Below, piece by piece: positions 15,280 to 30,300 of a DNA stretch of 64,000 nt. Below the pieces are notes generated by a model. That model was not told where the DNA came from. It worked only from the letters and a program-made list of their open reading frames with translations, and did not search any database. Within the stretch, counting starts at the first letter, position 1; each line of letters opens with the position of its first letter. This DNA is from Dimorphilus gyrociliatus (Eukaryota > Animalia > Annelida): positions 1 through 64,000 of the forward strand of contig CAJFCJ010000051.1 in assembly GCA_904063045.1 (NCBI GenBank). The letters are read 5' to 3'. Made by a program: the position numbers and the translations under genes.

Positions 15280-15540
15280 GTGACGTCACTAGTAACCATA
15301 ATCTTATTCAAATAGATCAATATCGATAAAACCGTTTCATCTTTCCAGGATCCGTCTAATTATAGCATTTTTGTTACTTACTTAAACCAAATATAATTCG
15401 TGTGACGTCACTATTAGATCTATTTGCATCAGGTGAGACGGAGCTCCCTTCTTTTTTTCCGTTTACAATTATTCTTCTTTACCTTTAATGTTACCTGGGT
15501 AACAAAGCACGTGACAGCCTGAAAGACCCTTATTGGTTGG
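15280..15540 (+). promoter_or_regulatory. Putative HUNK promoter with two perfect CRE palindromes, an E-box and a reverse CCAAT box
   Basis: GTGACGTCAC at 15280-15289 and 15402-15411, CACGTGAC at 15508-15515 and ATTGG at 15532-15536, about 1 kb upstream of the first coding exon. Confidence 0.55.
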
Positions 15541-16454
15541 CGCCCTCGGCGCAAAGAGATGCCGTATAACGATTTATGAGTGCAGAAAGCAAACTCGTTA
15601 CCCAAGGTTTGTTACTTTTCTATTCTTGTTTACTCGTTTTCTAGATTATGTATAGTGGACTCATTTACATCCTTCAGTAATTTTTACCTTCAACATATCT
15701 TAATCGTTTAACCATTTCACCTTCAAAGAGTTGAAGAAGAATTTTTTCAAATCTTGACATGATCTTCTTTACTTTTTTTGTTATCATCTACCACAGAAGA
15801 CTTTTGCTAGCAATATATCATCTTTCCTCCTCTGTTTCCTTTTCAGTCTATCTAGCTGTCATTTGGCTGGTCAGCCAATTTTGCCTCTTGCTTTGTCGCC
15901 TTCTTCAATTCTCCACTCCCCCTTTCTCTCTCTCTGTCTCTCCCACCCATCCACGGGGACTTGACTGTTTATTCACCTGTTCATTCATTCATTCATTCGT
16001 TCATTCATTCGTTCGTCCGCTTACGCGAGTGATACTCATTCACATACCCATTCTACTCACAGCCAAATGATCTGTTCATACAAAATATACAAGGATCTAA
16101 TCTTTCAATCCTTCAGTCTTTCCGTATTCCATGTAATTATCCGAAAATCGCATTTATTTTCTCTTTATACCGAATGTACTTTTGTTGTGTTTATATATAA
16201 AAACCAATATAATGTATACTTTATATATATTAGTATAATAATATCAGTTATATATAAATATATATATTTACATATACAGTATATATCTTCTTTCTCAAAT
16301 GTTTGCTCTTAAATTGCGTATCAATAGGCCTATAATTGGCCTATCCTCGATAACATTTTTTCTTATCTTTTTTGGCTTGTTGCATATAGGAAATTTACCT
16401 TGAATATCAAACCGAAAAAAGTGCACCGGATTAACATGGAATGGAAGATATAGA

Positions 16455-19232
16455 ATGAAACTAAATGAATCGGGCAGTCTTTCCCTAATTACCTCTCTAC
16501 CAGGAGATATGGATGAAGAATACCTTCCACCTGAAGTAGTCGATGTATCGAGAGAAAACCTAAGAGCATTTCATCATACAAAAAGAGTTGGACAGTATCT
16601 GCTCGGACGAACCCTAGGACAAGGTTCTTTTGCCAAAGTGAAAGAAGCCATTCATATCTTAACAGGAGAAAAGGTTTGTATTTATTTTACAATTTCTACT
16701 ATTCGTCTACATATCTCTCGACTAGAGAACTTTCAATCGTAATCTTTACACTTTCTCCATCCGTCTCTCTCCGTTTCGTTATCCATCCTCTCCCTTCCCC
16801 CTCCCCTCCATTCTGCCCAACCATAAACGACAAATAGTACTCTTAGATTGGAGGGGTCAATCTGTAGATATTTTCGTTTAAAAAACAGTTTAGCTGCCAT
16901 TTTGAAAGTGTTAAAAAAAAAAGAGAAACTATTTGCCGATATCTATACATTCTCTTTACATATTTTTGATTGAACTCGCAAGCAGTGCCGATTAGCACGA
17001 GAGAAACGTAACTGTTTATACAAATAGAAATGAAAACAAAAAATAAGCGCCAACACCAGACTGAAGAGAAAAGACACCAATAAACGAACGAACCAACGAA
17101 CGATAGAAACAAAACAAACAGGAAAAGGCCTATACTAAGAGTCGTAGCGTTTGTCTTTACCAAAATACTTGAATAGTGTTTACTAAACACTTGAAGATAT
17201 TGAAGAAAAAAAGAAGCAAAATCTAACGAATTAGCATTTTTATTGAGTTGAATAATAGAAAAATGTTGATTGTATCAAAATATTTGTAAAAAAAAGAAAA
17301 ACAAACATGCAATCTATTCAAAATCTTCAATCGCTATTTAATTACACAAGAAATCATAGGCAAGTAGGAGGAGGCGGAGGAGGAAAGAAGATGAATAAAA
17401 GCAAGAAAAAGAAGAAAACGAAGAAGAAGAGAACAAGAAGAGAAGACGAAGAGAAAGACGAGAGAAAGAGAAGAGAAAAGAGAAACAAAGAGAACAAGAT
17501 AGAATAAAGATTAAGAAGAAGAAAATCTTAAGGTCAGGCAAAGAGAATGAGAACTGAGTACAAGCGAAAGAAAAGAGATTGTGTAACCATTTCGAAGATT
17601 GAATTTTGGAGAAAATGTCTATTAATATCTTTATATAAACGTCTTATTGTTTACTTAAAACTTCTTAAACAAACATAAATCATTTTTTGTGGCCTTCTCC
17701 AACCGATATTGAAAAATTTATTACCTTTTAAATAAGCAAATCGCCGTCTTCCATTACGATCTCTTTTCTTTATTTTTCACTTTTCTCTCTCTCTCTCTCT
17801 CTCTCTTTCTCCCTTCCGCGCTCACGTGCCCCTTTCTTTCTTCAGCCAATTAGGTTGTCCTATTCGTCGGAAATGACGTTTCTTTTGGTCTCGATCTTAG
17901 TTCAATGCCATCATACATCCCAACTACATTATGCTCTATTTGCAAACCAAGATTGCATCTTTTAACATTTATGCACACACCTTTTATAGTTGAAAGACAG
18001 TAAAGGTTGAAGTAGGCGGCGTCCAATCAATGGAACTAGCCAGTTGTCCATCTTCTTTTCTAAAAATACCTTTCAAAGCATGACTTTGACAGGTAGAGGG
18101 AAAAATTAGACAGCAATATTCTATATTTTTCTTGCTTCTACACCGTGTGCGACTTTTCGGTTGGTTGAGTTGTTTGTCTAAAGAAATTGACTAAAAGCGT
18201 CAATAAAATATGTATGACATTTACGATATTTTAGATCTAACAAGGCCGCTATTTGAACTTTTAATAGGCAATGACAGGTAAATAGGTAGGTAGCGAGGGA
18301 AGGCGAAGGAGAGAGAGAAAGAGAGAAGGAAAGAAAGAAAGGTAGGAGAGATAGACAGGTAGGAAGATGGGCAAATGTACGGATAGGTAAATTCCTAGGT
18401 AAGAGGGATTTGTGGAAAGAAATGAGGAAGGGAGAAAGGGAGAGAGAACGATAGATACACTGTATAAAGAAATAAGTAGTATTTTGACAAGTAGATGGAT
18501 TTAGACAGAAAGAAATTTAAGGATTAAACGAGAGCGAGAGAGAGAGAGAGAAAGAAGGAAAGAGAACAAATGTAGAGTTAGTTTATCGGCTTTATATTTA
18601 TTTGAAAAAGCAAGAGTCCATAAAATAGAGAAAAATAAAAAGATAAACGTCGTAGAAATAAAATTGACAAATGACCATAAAAAAAATTAATAATTCTCTT
18701 GTTCGAACAGTTGATTGAACCTTAAACTATTGTTTCAGGTTGCCGTCAAGGTCATCGATAAAAAAGCTGCAAGGTCGGATGCTTATGTCAGAAAAAACTT
18801 GAGAAGGGAAGGTAAACTTTTGCAGTTGGTTTGTCACCGTCACGTTGTACGTTTATACGAGATTATGGAAACCGAAAACTCGTACTATCTCGTTACGGAA
18901 CTATGCAGCGGTGGAGATTTAATGGATTATATTTGCGTAAAGAGAAAACTACCAGAGGAGGAAACTAGAAAATTTATTAGACAAATTCTATCAGCCGTTC
19001 ACTATTTACATAGAAGTGGCATTTTGCACAGAGACTTGAAAATTGAAAACTTGCTTTTGGACGAAAATCGAGATATTAAAATTATTGGTTAGTGCTCTTA
19101 TTTTTCCCCATTCATTTATCCGTCTCTGTTAATTCTTTTCTCCTCCCACCCTTCCTTGCGTTAATCGTTTCATAAGGTCTGATTCTACAAGAGAAATGCC
19201 TATACTCTCAATCCATTTGAACTTTCTTCCAT

Positions 19233-19270
<38 letters not shown>

Positions 19271-22200
19271 TCTCTCTCTCTAGGTCATTGTACAATCGAA
19301 CGTTGTACTCTTGAAAAATTTCAAGCCGAGACTAATCTTGTAATACTCCGATATCATAGAATTGTAATTATTGATAGTAGTAGCTTAGTCCTATGGCATT
19401 TAATTTGAAATAATCTATGCGTATGGACAAAATCAACGCAAATTGGCTCTTTTTTCTTTATATTTAATCTTGTTGAAGAGGCTACTTTAAGATCTTTGTT
19501 GAACAGATGAAGAAGAGAGATAGAGAGAGGTAACAAGATAGTCGTATTCTTAGTGTTTTTCTTTTAATGAAAAGGAGTCTGTCTTTTCAACTCTCTCTCT
19601 CTCTCGCTGTTTTCTCAACTTTCTCCCGCCAATCTTAATCCTTCTCAACTTTTGATGTATCAATCTCTACTCTATTCGCAGAATCATTCAATAGAAGGGA
19701 AAGAGAGAGAAAAGTGGACAGTACTCGAAATAAAGTAATTTTATTTATTTTTCCTATTCAGATTTTGGATTAAGTAATTCTATTAAAGTGAAAACTGAAG
19801 GAAACGTTGTTCTACCCCAGGAACTTTGTGTCACACAATGCGGAAGTCCAGCCTATGCGGCTCCAGAACTATTAGGAAATGATAAATACGGACCGCAAGT
19901 TGACGTTTGGAGCATGTAAGTGATAGCTAAGCGTCCTATTGCCCATGGTTTTCTTTTTATTTAATCGTTTAGGCTGGTGAAAATCATTCAGAGGTTTCCT
20001 TTTTTTTTAGCGTTTTTTAATATAAAATAAGGTTTGTTAAGAATGTCTGAATGGTTTTTGGGTTTGGGGTTACAGGAAGGGAAAACGAAAGAGAAAGAAA
20101 GGGTGAGTGAGTGAGAGAAAGAGAGAGAGACGGAGAGTGATTGAGAAAAAAAAACAGGTGCCTCTACCTAAAATCAATAAGAACATAGCAAGCCGATATT
20201 GATTAGTTTAATTAAATTTCCCCCTTTTTTTAATTGACCTAAATCTAAAACATATTGTTTCCTTCCAAATTTCTTTCATCACCTTAAAAATTTATACAAT
20301 TAATTAAGAATATTTCATGTTTTTTCTTTCTCAGAGGCGTCAATATGTACGCTATGCTTACTGGAACTTTGCCGTTTACTGTCGATCCTTTCAATATCAA
20401 GACCTTGCACGCTAAAATGCTCAAAGGATCGATCAATAAGATTCCGGATAATCTTAGTGAAGGTACGTATTTATTCATCTATTATCGTTGCATTTTTCAA
20501 GTACTACAAGTAAATATGCAGTCCATAAAGTTGACACTTTTTATTATAAAACATTCTCCGTATCCAGGCGAGGGGGCTTTGCCTCTCATTTCCCTTCCTT
20601 CCTCCCTCTTTCTTTAGTTTTTTATCCACTGTTTCCCTCCTGTGTCCCTACTCTTTTCGTCATACTCTCCTCTCCTCTCAAGGAGTTTCTTTCTCTTTAT
20701 CTATTCTTCCTTCCTGCTTGTCTCCATTACCAGTCTACAAAAGATTAATGACATAACTACAAGTAAATCCGCTGACACTTAAATAGTATATTTCAGCTAA
20801 TTAAAGTATATCCTGTACTCCATGTAGGAAACATACACACATATATTATGATTGAGTAATTAGTATTAGCAATTCTGTATATCTATACAACACACCTTTT
20901 TATAAGGAAAATTTTTTACATATACATCATATATTAGTTTAATCTACAGAGTAATCTCTCTCTCTCCCTCCTGATTGAATTATACCTCTTCTACAGTATT
21001 CTTCCTTTCCAACCCCCTGAATTAGTAAGGTGAAAACTAACAAACCATTTCCGTTTTTCTCTCGTCTAGGTAGCGTGATAAAAATGAGTTTGATAGGCGA
21101 AATTAATTCCGACTTTCTCCTCTTTTCCTCGAGCTGTTTGATGATGGCATTGATTTCACTTGGTCGTGACTGTTAAACACAACTAAGCCTATACTTGCAC
21201 GGAAAAATCATAGGTAGCATTCCCCTTCTATTAAAAATCTATTTTTAATAGACGGAGACTGAGAATGAATTAGAACATACTTTCCCCTTTTAACCCTTTT
21301 AAGCGCACAGTTTTGTAGAAGGGAGAGCTGGAAAATTTTCCGAATCTATTGAAAAAGGTACACTGATAGCTTTCTTTATCTCTCTCTTCAGTTTCTCCCT
21401 TGAGAATAATTTCAGAAATGTGCAAAACATCGCTATTAAAAACCATTAAAACAACCAACTGACTAAGTAATTAAACTCGATTGCCCCCGTTTCTAATTAT
21501 ACTGAAAATGCCATTTTCCTAACCTTTTCTCTTCCCCTATCTACAGGACAAGATCATGAAAAGAGTGTCAATCTTATTCCTTGGCTTTTTATTTTTTTCT
21601 CTTTTTAACCCTAACCCAGTCAATCCTTTTACCTTATTAATTCTAAAATTTTCATTATATCTCTTTTTCACCCTCTCCTCACAGATTGCAAGCAGTTAAT
21701 TCATCAGTTTTTGATTGCCGATCCGAACAAGAGGATCACTATTGAAGGAGCCTTGAAGCACGATTGGATTACGAAACGTAAGCAATGCTTATGAATATTT
21801 AATATGTTCTATTCCTTTTTACGTACTTGTGTAAAAGATAAAAGAGTACTTAGTGAGGCCTAGTTGAAAAACAAACGCAATATATAAAGGATAGCGGAAA
21901 GGAGAATGTTTCTTGTAAGGCTTTACTGACAATTTGTAATATGAATTATACAGTAATTTTAATTAAAATCTATTTAAAGAGCTTTCTACAAGTCGTAGTA
22001 TGTCAACTTGGCTTGATAAATAATCCATAGACCGATGTAGGTTGATAATTACCTAAAGGTGTAATATTTATAGAAAGTCTATCAATTATGAACAAATATC
22101 TCTCAAAAGATGCATTTACTAGACGATCCAGGATGAACTGTATTGATAAATTCTCTTCTTTAGTTCTTTTTTTATTTGCCTTCTTTCTTCCTCTCCATCT

Positions 22201-23420
22201 TTTATTCATTTATCTATCTATCTATCCGTTTATGCATGCATACGTACATTTCCTTATTTGCCCGTTTCATGGCAAAGAGAGCAGAGATGCGATACATTCA
22301 TTATTGATCCCATACTTTATGTTCCATATAAGCAAAATGTTTTCCTAATCAAAAGATAGAAGCTATTAAGGATAATCCTGACTTAACTCTATATAATTTA
22401 TGTCTATTTAAGATGCTATACTACCTCTGTCTCGTGTTTGTTGTTGTTGTTATTGTTGCTATAATTTAGCCGCCGCGGCTTGTTGCAAATAATTAAGTTT
22501 ATCCCTCGCTCTCTCGCTCTCTCTCTCTCTCTTTCTCTTTCCCTCTCATTCGTAATTTAGAATCGGTTTCATAATTGTTTACGTTCGCTCATTTATTCAG
22601 TCACATATAATCACGTGGGTAGACGAGTACGTACGTAGGCAGGCATTCTCTTTTTACCTCAATACCTGTTCTTCAATGTATTAACTAATACAACGCTTTT
22701 CTTTATTTAGAATCGACGGACCCTCTTGAAACTGCTCCCTTTCCCAATAAACTTCGATCTGACGATCTGGACATGACCATCATCAAACACATGACTTATA
22801 AAATGAGTTTTCGTCTAAGTGACGTTATCAGATTGGTCAGTAATAATATACCAAACACTAGTAGTGCCACCTATCATCTGTTGGTTCGTCGCCTCGAAAA
22901 GTTCAACAATAGAGAGAAATTGGCGGCGACTGTTTTGAGCGCTGGAGATATTTTAGAATTTGGAAATTCGAATAATAGAAAGGACGAGAATAAAAACGTT
23001 GAAAGAGAGGAAGTCAAACCGCCAAAGAGGCTGACTAGTATTAAGAATGCGGAGAGAAAACTTCAAAAGCGGCGTGTCATGAAGGCCAATCACGTTCTGG
23101 GAAAACGAACAGAATCAAACAACTCCGACCACAACAACAATCCTCCACCGAATCCGTCCAAGTCAACAGAACCAAAAATTCTTCCAATACTTCCCAATAG
23201 GAAGTCAAGTATAACCAGGGCTAGTACGGGCCTATCAACCGATATAGTCAAGTCACCAAAAACTCTTGACGAAAGACGAATTGGCACTGCGAAAATTTTC
23301 CCTTCAATGACGTCACCGAGAACTTCTTCAACTTCAAGATATAGTTCGGCCCTTTTGCCTAGAAGACGTACGTCTACAAATTCCTATTTGCCTTCCATAT
23401 CCTCTGAATTAAACGACTAG
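16455..23420 (+). CDS. HUNK: Hormonally up-regulated Neu-associated kinase-like (AMPK-related Ser/Thr kinase)
   Basis: Exons 16455-16673, 18739-19087, 19762-19915, 20335-20462, 21685-21777 and 22711-23420 join in frame. RENLRAFHHTKRVGQYLLG, GQGSFAKV, VAVKVIDKK...YVRKNLRREG, HRDLKIENLLLD, DFGLSN, TQCGSPAYAAPE and GVNMYAMLTGTLPFTV are HUNK-type signatures. Confidence 0.9.
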
Positions 23421-24356
23421 TCAATCAAGGAAACAAAGACGCGAAAAGAGGGAAGAAATGCTTCGTTGTTAATCCTCTTTCAAGTTTCTTTGTTCAAACT
23501 GATCAAATCTTATATGAATAGATTTTTTATATCTATATTTATATAACTATTATATAAATATTGTATGAAAACCCTAATTTTTATCCCATCGTTTTTTGCC
23601 CCCTCATCAATTCTGTTTTAAACTGCAAAACAACATTACGAACAGAAGATGAACAAACAATTAAATAAACAAACAGACAGACTAACAGAATATTCAGCTT
23701 ATAAATAGGTTGTTGTACCACGTCTCTCTATCTTTTCCTACTTCGGTCTCCCTCAGTCTGCCTGACGCCCGTGACAAACAACCTCCATCTACTTTGTAAT
23801 ATTTTTCTTACAAGTCCACCGTAAGAAAGAATATCTTCCTTATCCTGATTCTCTGTCAAACCGCTTATGTTTGCTACTGACAAAAGGAACTTTATGTCCT
23901 GGCTCTTCACCTGCATCTTTCGTAAAGAGAGCATTTAGACGACGAACGAAGAAAGGAAGAAAGAGTAGAAAAAAACGACAAGAAAATAATAATCATAATT
24001 TTACTACCTGGACGAGTATCGTATCGAATGAAATTTCTCCCATTAGCGTATAGTTGTAGAAATGGCAAAAAGACACGGCAGTTATGACTCTTTTTGAAAT
24101 CATCCAACTGTTGCGAAGAGAGAAAACGCTAGAAGAATTTTTATAGTCTTCTAATTTGTCGAATGTGGCGTCGGCTGTTAGAAAATTGCTGTACATTTCC
24201 CTCACAAAAGCTGAACCTATTAGAGAAATACGAGGGATAATAACAATACACAACAGTCGACGCTAGTCAAATCTATATTGTACTTACTACTTTCTAAACG
24301 ACTCCTATTAATAGCTTTCAGTTTTTCATTTCTGAAAAGAAACGTTCTTGATATCA

Positions 24357-27300
24357 CTAATTGTGAATAGATAAGGAAAATCGAATATAGTTATCGATGA
24401 CCGACAGCGTCCTCTTCGCTCTTTTCCTATTGTTCTTGTAGTACTTTTTCACGTCGTTGAACGTATACAAGAAAGGATTTATAACAGAGTTGATGGGCAG
24501 AATCACTGTTAGCAATGTAGTATAGATTTCTTTTGAAATGACCAATTTAAAAAACACTGAATAGATTCCTTTAGAAAGCAGGTTAACAGAGCGAGAATCA
24601 GAGGCGGCAGGTTAATCGTTCATAGTTTACCTACCTAAAAATGATATTGGAAACCAGCACAGGACATTCGTTATAGCAATCATAAACACTCTCAATTTGA
24701 TCTTTCCCTGCTGTTGCTTGAATAATGATTCGCCAACTAAACTCTTCGATTGTAGTGTTCTCTTCCATATTTTAAAGTAGATAATACAGATGAACAAACA
24801 GATTAAACTAATCGCGCAGCTAAACAAAACAAACGAGTAGAACCATCCTTCCTTCTTCTCGCTCGAAATATGCAATGAAAAGCACATGGAAGTCTTCGAA
24901 TAGTAGTCCTACAAAGCGATAAATATCCGTTATCTTTCGATAATTATACAGTATTACTATTGTTATTGTTACGTCATAAACGAAATAGGGTAGGATGGAA
25001 AGGATCAACGAGGAGGAAGAGATGATTATCGTAACAATCCATAAAACTTTTGATTGGAAAATATTAAACGTGGGATACATGATAGCTTGTTGTCTTTCTA
25101 TTGTTAGAAATAATAGACTAAAAGTTGATAATAGAATTGAGAAACTGCATAACATTCCCATCAATGAACACTTTAAACTATTCCTCCATTCGTAATCATT
25201 TTCAATATACTTTCCTCTAAGAGTTAAATCCGTCACTCCAATCGATAGGAAATAGATTGAAGTCGCCAAATCGCCAAACGATAAACTCAAATTGAAATGG
25301 CTACGCTTTAATTTCGAAAATCCAATCCTAAATATCAAAGATCCCATATTCTCAATTAACCCTATCACATTCATTATCCACAAAATTGATCTTAGTAGCT
25401 TCGACGCCATTAGATCGGCGCACGAATTGAATAACGATCTCATGGGTTGGCAATTCTTCATTCTCCCTAAATACTTGCCAGCAAGACAACACAGCTCAAA
25501 GTATTCGCTAATCAGATTTTCCAGATTTTTCAAATGGTCAACGCGAATCCTATTGGTCGACATGCGGAGAATTGTGGATTTTCTCAATAGAAGATCTTTC
25601 AACGACAACAGATCGGAAAACGATTCCCGATCAATATCCCGAAAACGACACAAACTCAAGTTCAACTGTTCAAGTTTGTTCAATTGTTTGAAAAGTAAAG
25701 CAGTCAACTTTGTTAAATTAGTCATTGATAAATCGAGCTTTTTAAGATTTTTAAATATGCCAAAAGAAAAGAGAGAAGGTACCATCAGTGGAGTTTTTCG
25801 GAAAATTATTATCTGTACTTTGGCCATACTATAATCGTCTAAACCGTACAAAGATATCATTCTATTGTTCGACATATTTGCTATCAACAAATTTGGGAAT
25901 TTCCTCGCAATTACACCCATTTTTTCAACACTTTTTCTAATTGTTAAATAGGTTAGGCTTACGTACGTTTCTTCAATTAAAAATGCGTTCAAATTAGACT
26001 TTGCATTCGAAATGACCAACTTCTTCCAATAATAATGAATGGGTATTGTTCTTGACGAATTTTTGGTCGTCATCATTGAAGGAGACGCCTCAAAATTACA
26101 ACTGACAGAGTAGAATGAGTCGCATGCGCATGAGGTCGGGCAAGAATTCGAACTGTTGCAGTATAATTCGTCGCTTCCCTTTAGGCACTCTACTATTCCA
26201 TTGCAAACGTCCGAAAGGAGAATGTAGAATCTTTCCTCTCTGCACTTGAAGTATCCTTTCGGTTTGAAGTTGTCTATTTGATTTTAATAACGGAAAAAGA
26301 GGAAAACGCTAACGAAAAGAAGAGAAACAGTAAGCGAAATTTGAAGGCAACAAACCGCAATTGACTTCGTCATCGTACTCATTACAGTGAACAATTCCGT
26401 CGCAAATTTGTTTGATTGATATACAATAACCGCCATTTCGACATAAATATTCGCCAACATTACACTTTTGAATATTGCAACCGTCCAGAGCCAGGTAGGG
26501 AAAATGGACTTTTGTTAAAAGATTCCCCATAGAATCGTACTCTACACGGCAATTTCTTTTAAATCTTCTATAAGTCCTCTTTATCCAAAAGCAAATGTTC
26601 TTTCCATTATTTAATTTATACCTCTTCTGACAAGACTGGGCTGTTTCGTCGGATATGTCCAGGCAATCCTTATGAAAGTCGCACGTGTCATTTATAGGTA
26701 TACATTTACTGTCGCAATGATAATAGTCCTCATTGTTACTGCAATCTTTAAATAAGACGTTAATAGTGTTGACTCGACCGTCTAGTTGGTTGATAAGCGT
26801 AAATAATTTCTACTTATGTTCTCAAAATAGCCATCGTTTAATCCGTATTCGAGAGGTGATGAGCAAATTTCATCACTTCCGTCAAGGCAATTTATCTCGC
26901 TATTACAAAATTGTTTCTCTTCAATACATTCCTTATTGGAACAGCTTAAAAAAAGAATTTACTAATTAACAGAGTGTTTAGGGAAGTTAGGTTTAGGGTT
27001 AAAAGTTTTAGTCTTCTGTATATTTGCATTTGAAACCAATCAAAGAAACAAACACTCAACCTTTTCTTGGCTAAACATTCCTTAACAGCTTTATTAAGTA
27101 AAAATGGAGCAAGTTGGAAAAAGGGATAAAAAAAATAAGTCTGTTTTTATCGTTTGTTATCATCGCTCTTAATTTGGATCCTACCACAGTTTTTTTCATC
27201 TTTTCCATTAGAACAATCGTCTATATGGTCGCATACTTGCTTAAAATCTACTTCGTACGTATCGTTACAAGAAAATCCATCAACAAATACGCAATCGTCC

Positions 27301-30300
27301 TGCTCGTCTTCCCCCGAAAAGCAATCCCTCTTTCCATCGCATTGATAAATGGCGTTGATAAAAATCGCATCGTCTGAACAGTAGAACAATTGCAAAGAGG
27401 AGCGTAATATTGTTGTGATATTTAATAATGTATTTTCAACGGCTTTACTCAAAAATGACACTTTGTCGACTTTTCCCTCGTTTACAAAAACTAGTGGAGG
27501 AAAAAGAAAAGCAACCATCTCACCCACCTTTCTTCCATTAAACATGTTCATTACCTGGTTCCATGCAGGATAACACCGATATTAGCTTTTCCCGACAATC
27601 TACAGGCTTTATATTATACGACTTTTTGTCGAACGGTAATTTCAAATAGGTGGAGAGCTTTTTGTATTTGACGACCGTTTTATAAAAGAAACAGGATGAT
27701 AGTTTTGAACTGGTTTGCGTTTCAACTCCTTCAGTCGTGTATTTTGTACAAAGATCTTTCAAGCTGAAAAATAATAGGCAATTGATTTTTTGCTTTCTTT
27801 CCTTCTTCTCCTAATAATAGTAAATAACTATCTGTAATTTTCCTCGAATGACGTAAAATCGTATGGTTTCTTATCCAAATGTACAACTGTTGAGAAATTC
27901 CTTCTATCTTTCACCACTGTCATTTCTTGACCGTTCAAATGCAGATGGAAAGAAAGCAAGGAAACAAAAGTTTACTCGGAGAATTTTGAATAGAAAAAGG
28001 AAATATTATTTTGTCGTCAAGCATACTTCCTGCCAATTTAAAATCGTCGAGAAGTTGAAAACTCTTCAAGTTCTTTTCAGTTTGAGTTGATAAAATTTTC
28101 AATTTGAGGAGAAAAACTATAAATTTAAAGCTGTCGAAAGATAGAAAGGCCAGAGTGCCATTTCTCCCCTTACAGAATCTTTCATTCTCCAGAACTGATA
28201 TTCTTCTTGGAGGTTCGGCAATCGTATGGCATACACTTCGGAACAAGAAGGCCTTTTCATGCCTGCATCCTATTGCTAAAATAAGAAAATTAAATACTAT
28301 TAAATAGAGCGTGCTCTTTGTTTTTGCATACTTTGTAGGCTATTTTCACATTTCACGGCTAATGAAAGTTTGAGGGATCTCTGGACGATTTCCTCCGTTG
28401 AGAATGACGGAAATGTTAATGGAATGTTTTTAACTTTAAATGAACAAAACGTTCTGTTGTCGTTTTTTTCCCGACATTTCATTGTTGCGGAGAAATAAGC
28501 GAAAATTGATTCGTCATCTCTTATATCGCTTATCATTCCGTAATTGAACGAGAACGATTTACATAGATATGCTAATTGGTCGACTTGGTAGGTCTCGAAA
28601 GTTGGTTGGTACCACATACTCTTATGATAGACTTGTAAATTTCCTGTAAATTCGGTAAAGTTGTGGACATCTCCCACATTCAATATATTATTTGAAGCAT
28701 TGAAAAGTCGGTAATGAAAGTCTACAAGAAATAAAACAACAATTTCCCTACAGTTCACACTTCAATTCATCGTAATCCATAACAGACTTGTATAGTTTTT
28801 GTCCTCTTCGCATGCCATAGATAATAAATACGGATTATAGGGTTTTCCTTGCAAGAAGCAACTACTAAAGTCGTCGTTTTTAGACAAATCGCAATCAATC
28901 AAACTTGGATGTGAACCCCTCTCTAAATAGTAATTAATCGTTTGACAACCCGAACGATAGATCATCTGTTCGTATAATTAATGAATTAGTTAATAATTAC
29001 GCAATCAATCAGACGGAATAAAGTAAACATATTCATCTAATAACATAAATTTTATATCTATAAACTTTGTAGCGAGGTGGCATGATTTTGGATTGGCGTC
29101 TGCACAAAGATAAGGCATATCTAACAATGTCATTTAGCGGTTCAAATGCGAATGGAATGTTTCCCAATGTCTTTGAATTAATCATATATGTTGCCCCATT
29201 TGGGAAAATCTTTGCAAACATTATATTGTGGAAAAACTCCGGCATTCTAACAATTTCGAAATCTTGAAGAGAAAAGGAAACAGTCTTGATAATAACATCA
29301 ATGACTGTAGACAAGGAAAATCAATTACCTTTTAATTGTCTGTACTCGCAAATTAACTCTTCTACATAATTGGAATGAGAACTTGTTCTATTCGAATGGG
29401 ATATTTGCTGAAAAGAGGCTCCTCTTTTCTCAACAGCCGTACCAATGAAATATTTACTTTTTTCAACAGTTTGACGCGATTTTTTATAAAATTCACTATT
29501 TGCGCATAAATTTTCATTTGTGCCATTTCGTTTGAAGAATAAATTGAACGTTTTCCCTTTATATCTCACATGTAGTTTATACTTTCTCTTCGATACCTTC
29601 ACCGCAAACATAACTGTTTCATATCAACAAAAAAGAAACCGAGAATAAGAAAATATTTTTAGCAAAACAAACAAACAATCAATCAATCGCTCACTTGGCT
29701 TTTGCAATTTGAAACATTTCAGACAGAATGAGCCTTCTTTACCATTTGTCTCTGAAAATTTTCACATCTGCCAAAAGTAGATTGTTTATATAATAAAATT
29801 TCTGAACACTTTTTTCTTTTTCATGTTTGCGAATATTCAATATACCTATAAACTTACTCTTTAGATTTTTTTTTAACTTTTACAGTTATTCTTTGCAGTT
29901 TTACAGTGTTTTGCAGGTGTTTTTAAAAACAATTTGTATTCAATAAAGAAATGTATTATTATTATTTACCACTGGGAATGTTGCAAACTTGTAGAATAAA
30001 GTGTATTGGATCGTAGCCCATGATAGAACAAATATTTTCTACATCTGCTATAGGAATTTTTGATTTAAAACCAAGCGTTTTTGTCTGATTAGTCGATAGC
30101 TTTCTTAATCGTAATTGTCCATAAATGTAGAATTCATTCTCTACCAAAGCGTTTAGAGAATATTTAACATTGACATTTTTCAGACTGTCCTCATGACGTT
30201 TCTTTTCGATGAAACAATTTTTTGAAACAACTTGCATCAACCTGTTAGCAGAGAAGAAGAAAATGTTTAATTTGACAATAAAGAATAGCATTAGTGGAAA

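Noticed and set aside
25292-25834. 180-aa plus-strand ORF (and 54734, 46399 and similar antisense ORFs)
   Set aside because: Shadow frames opposite well-supported coding regions.
26100-26160. Suspected frameshift between LDLa6 and the LRRs of the GPCR
   Set aside because: On rereading, the frame is continuous (SNSCPTSCACDSFYSVSCNF...).
26975-27002. Degenerate TTAGGG-like tract in a GPCR intron (and CCCTAACCC near 21608)
   Set aside because: Too short and degenerate, with no element terminus attached; could be chance.
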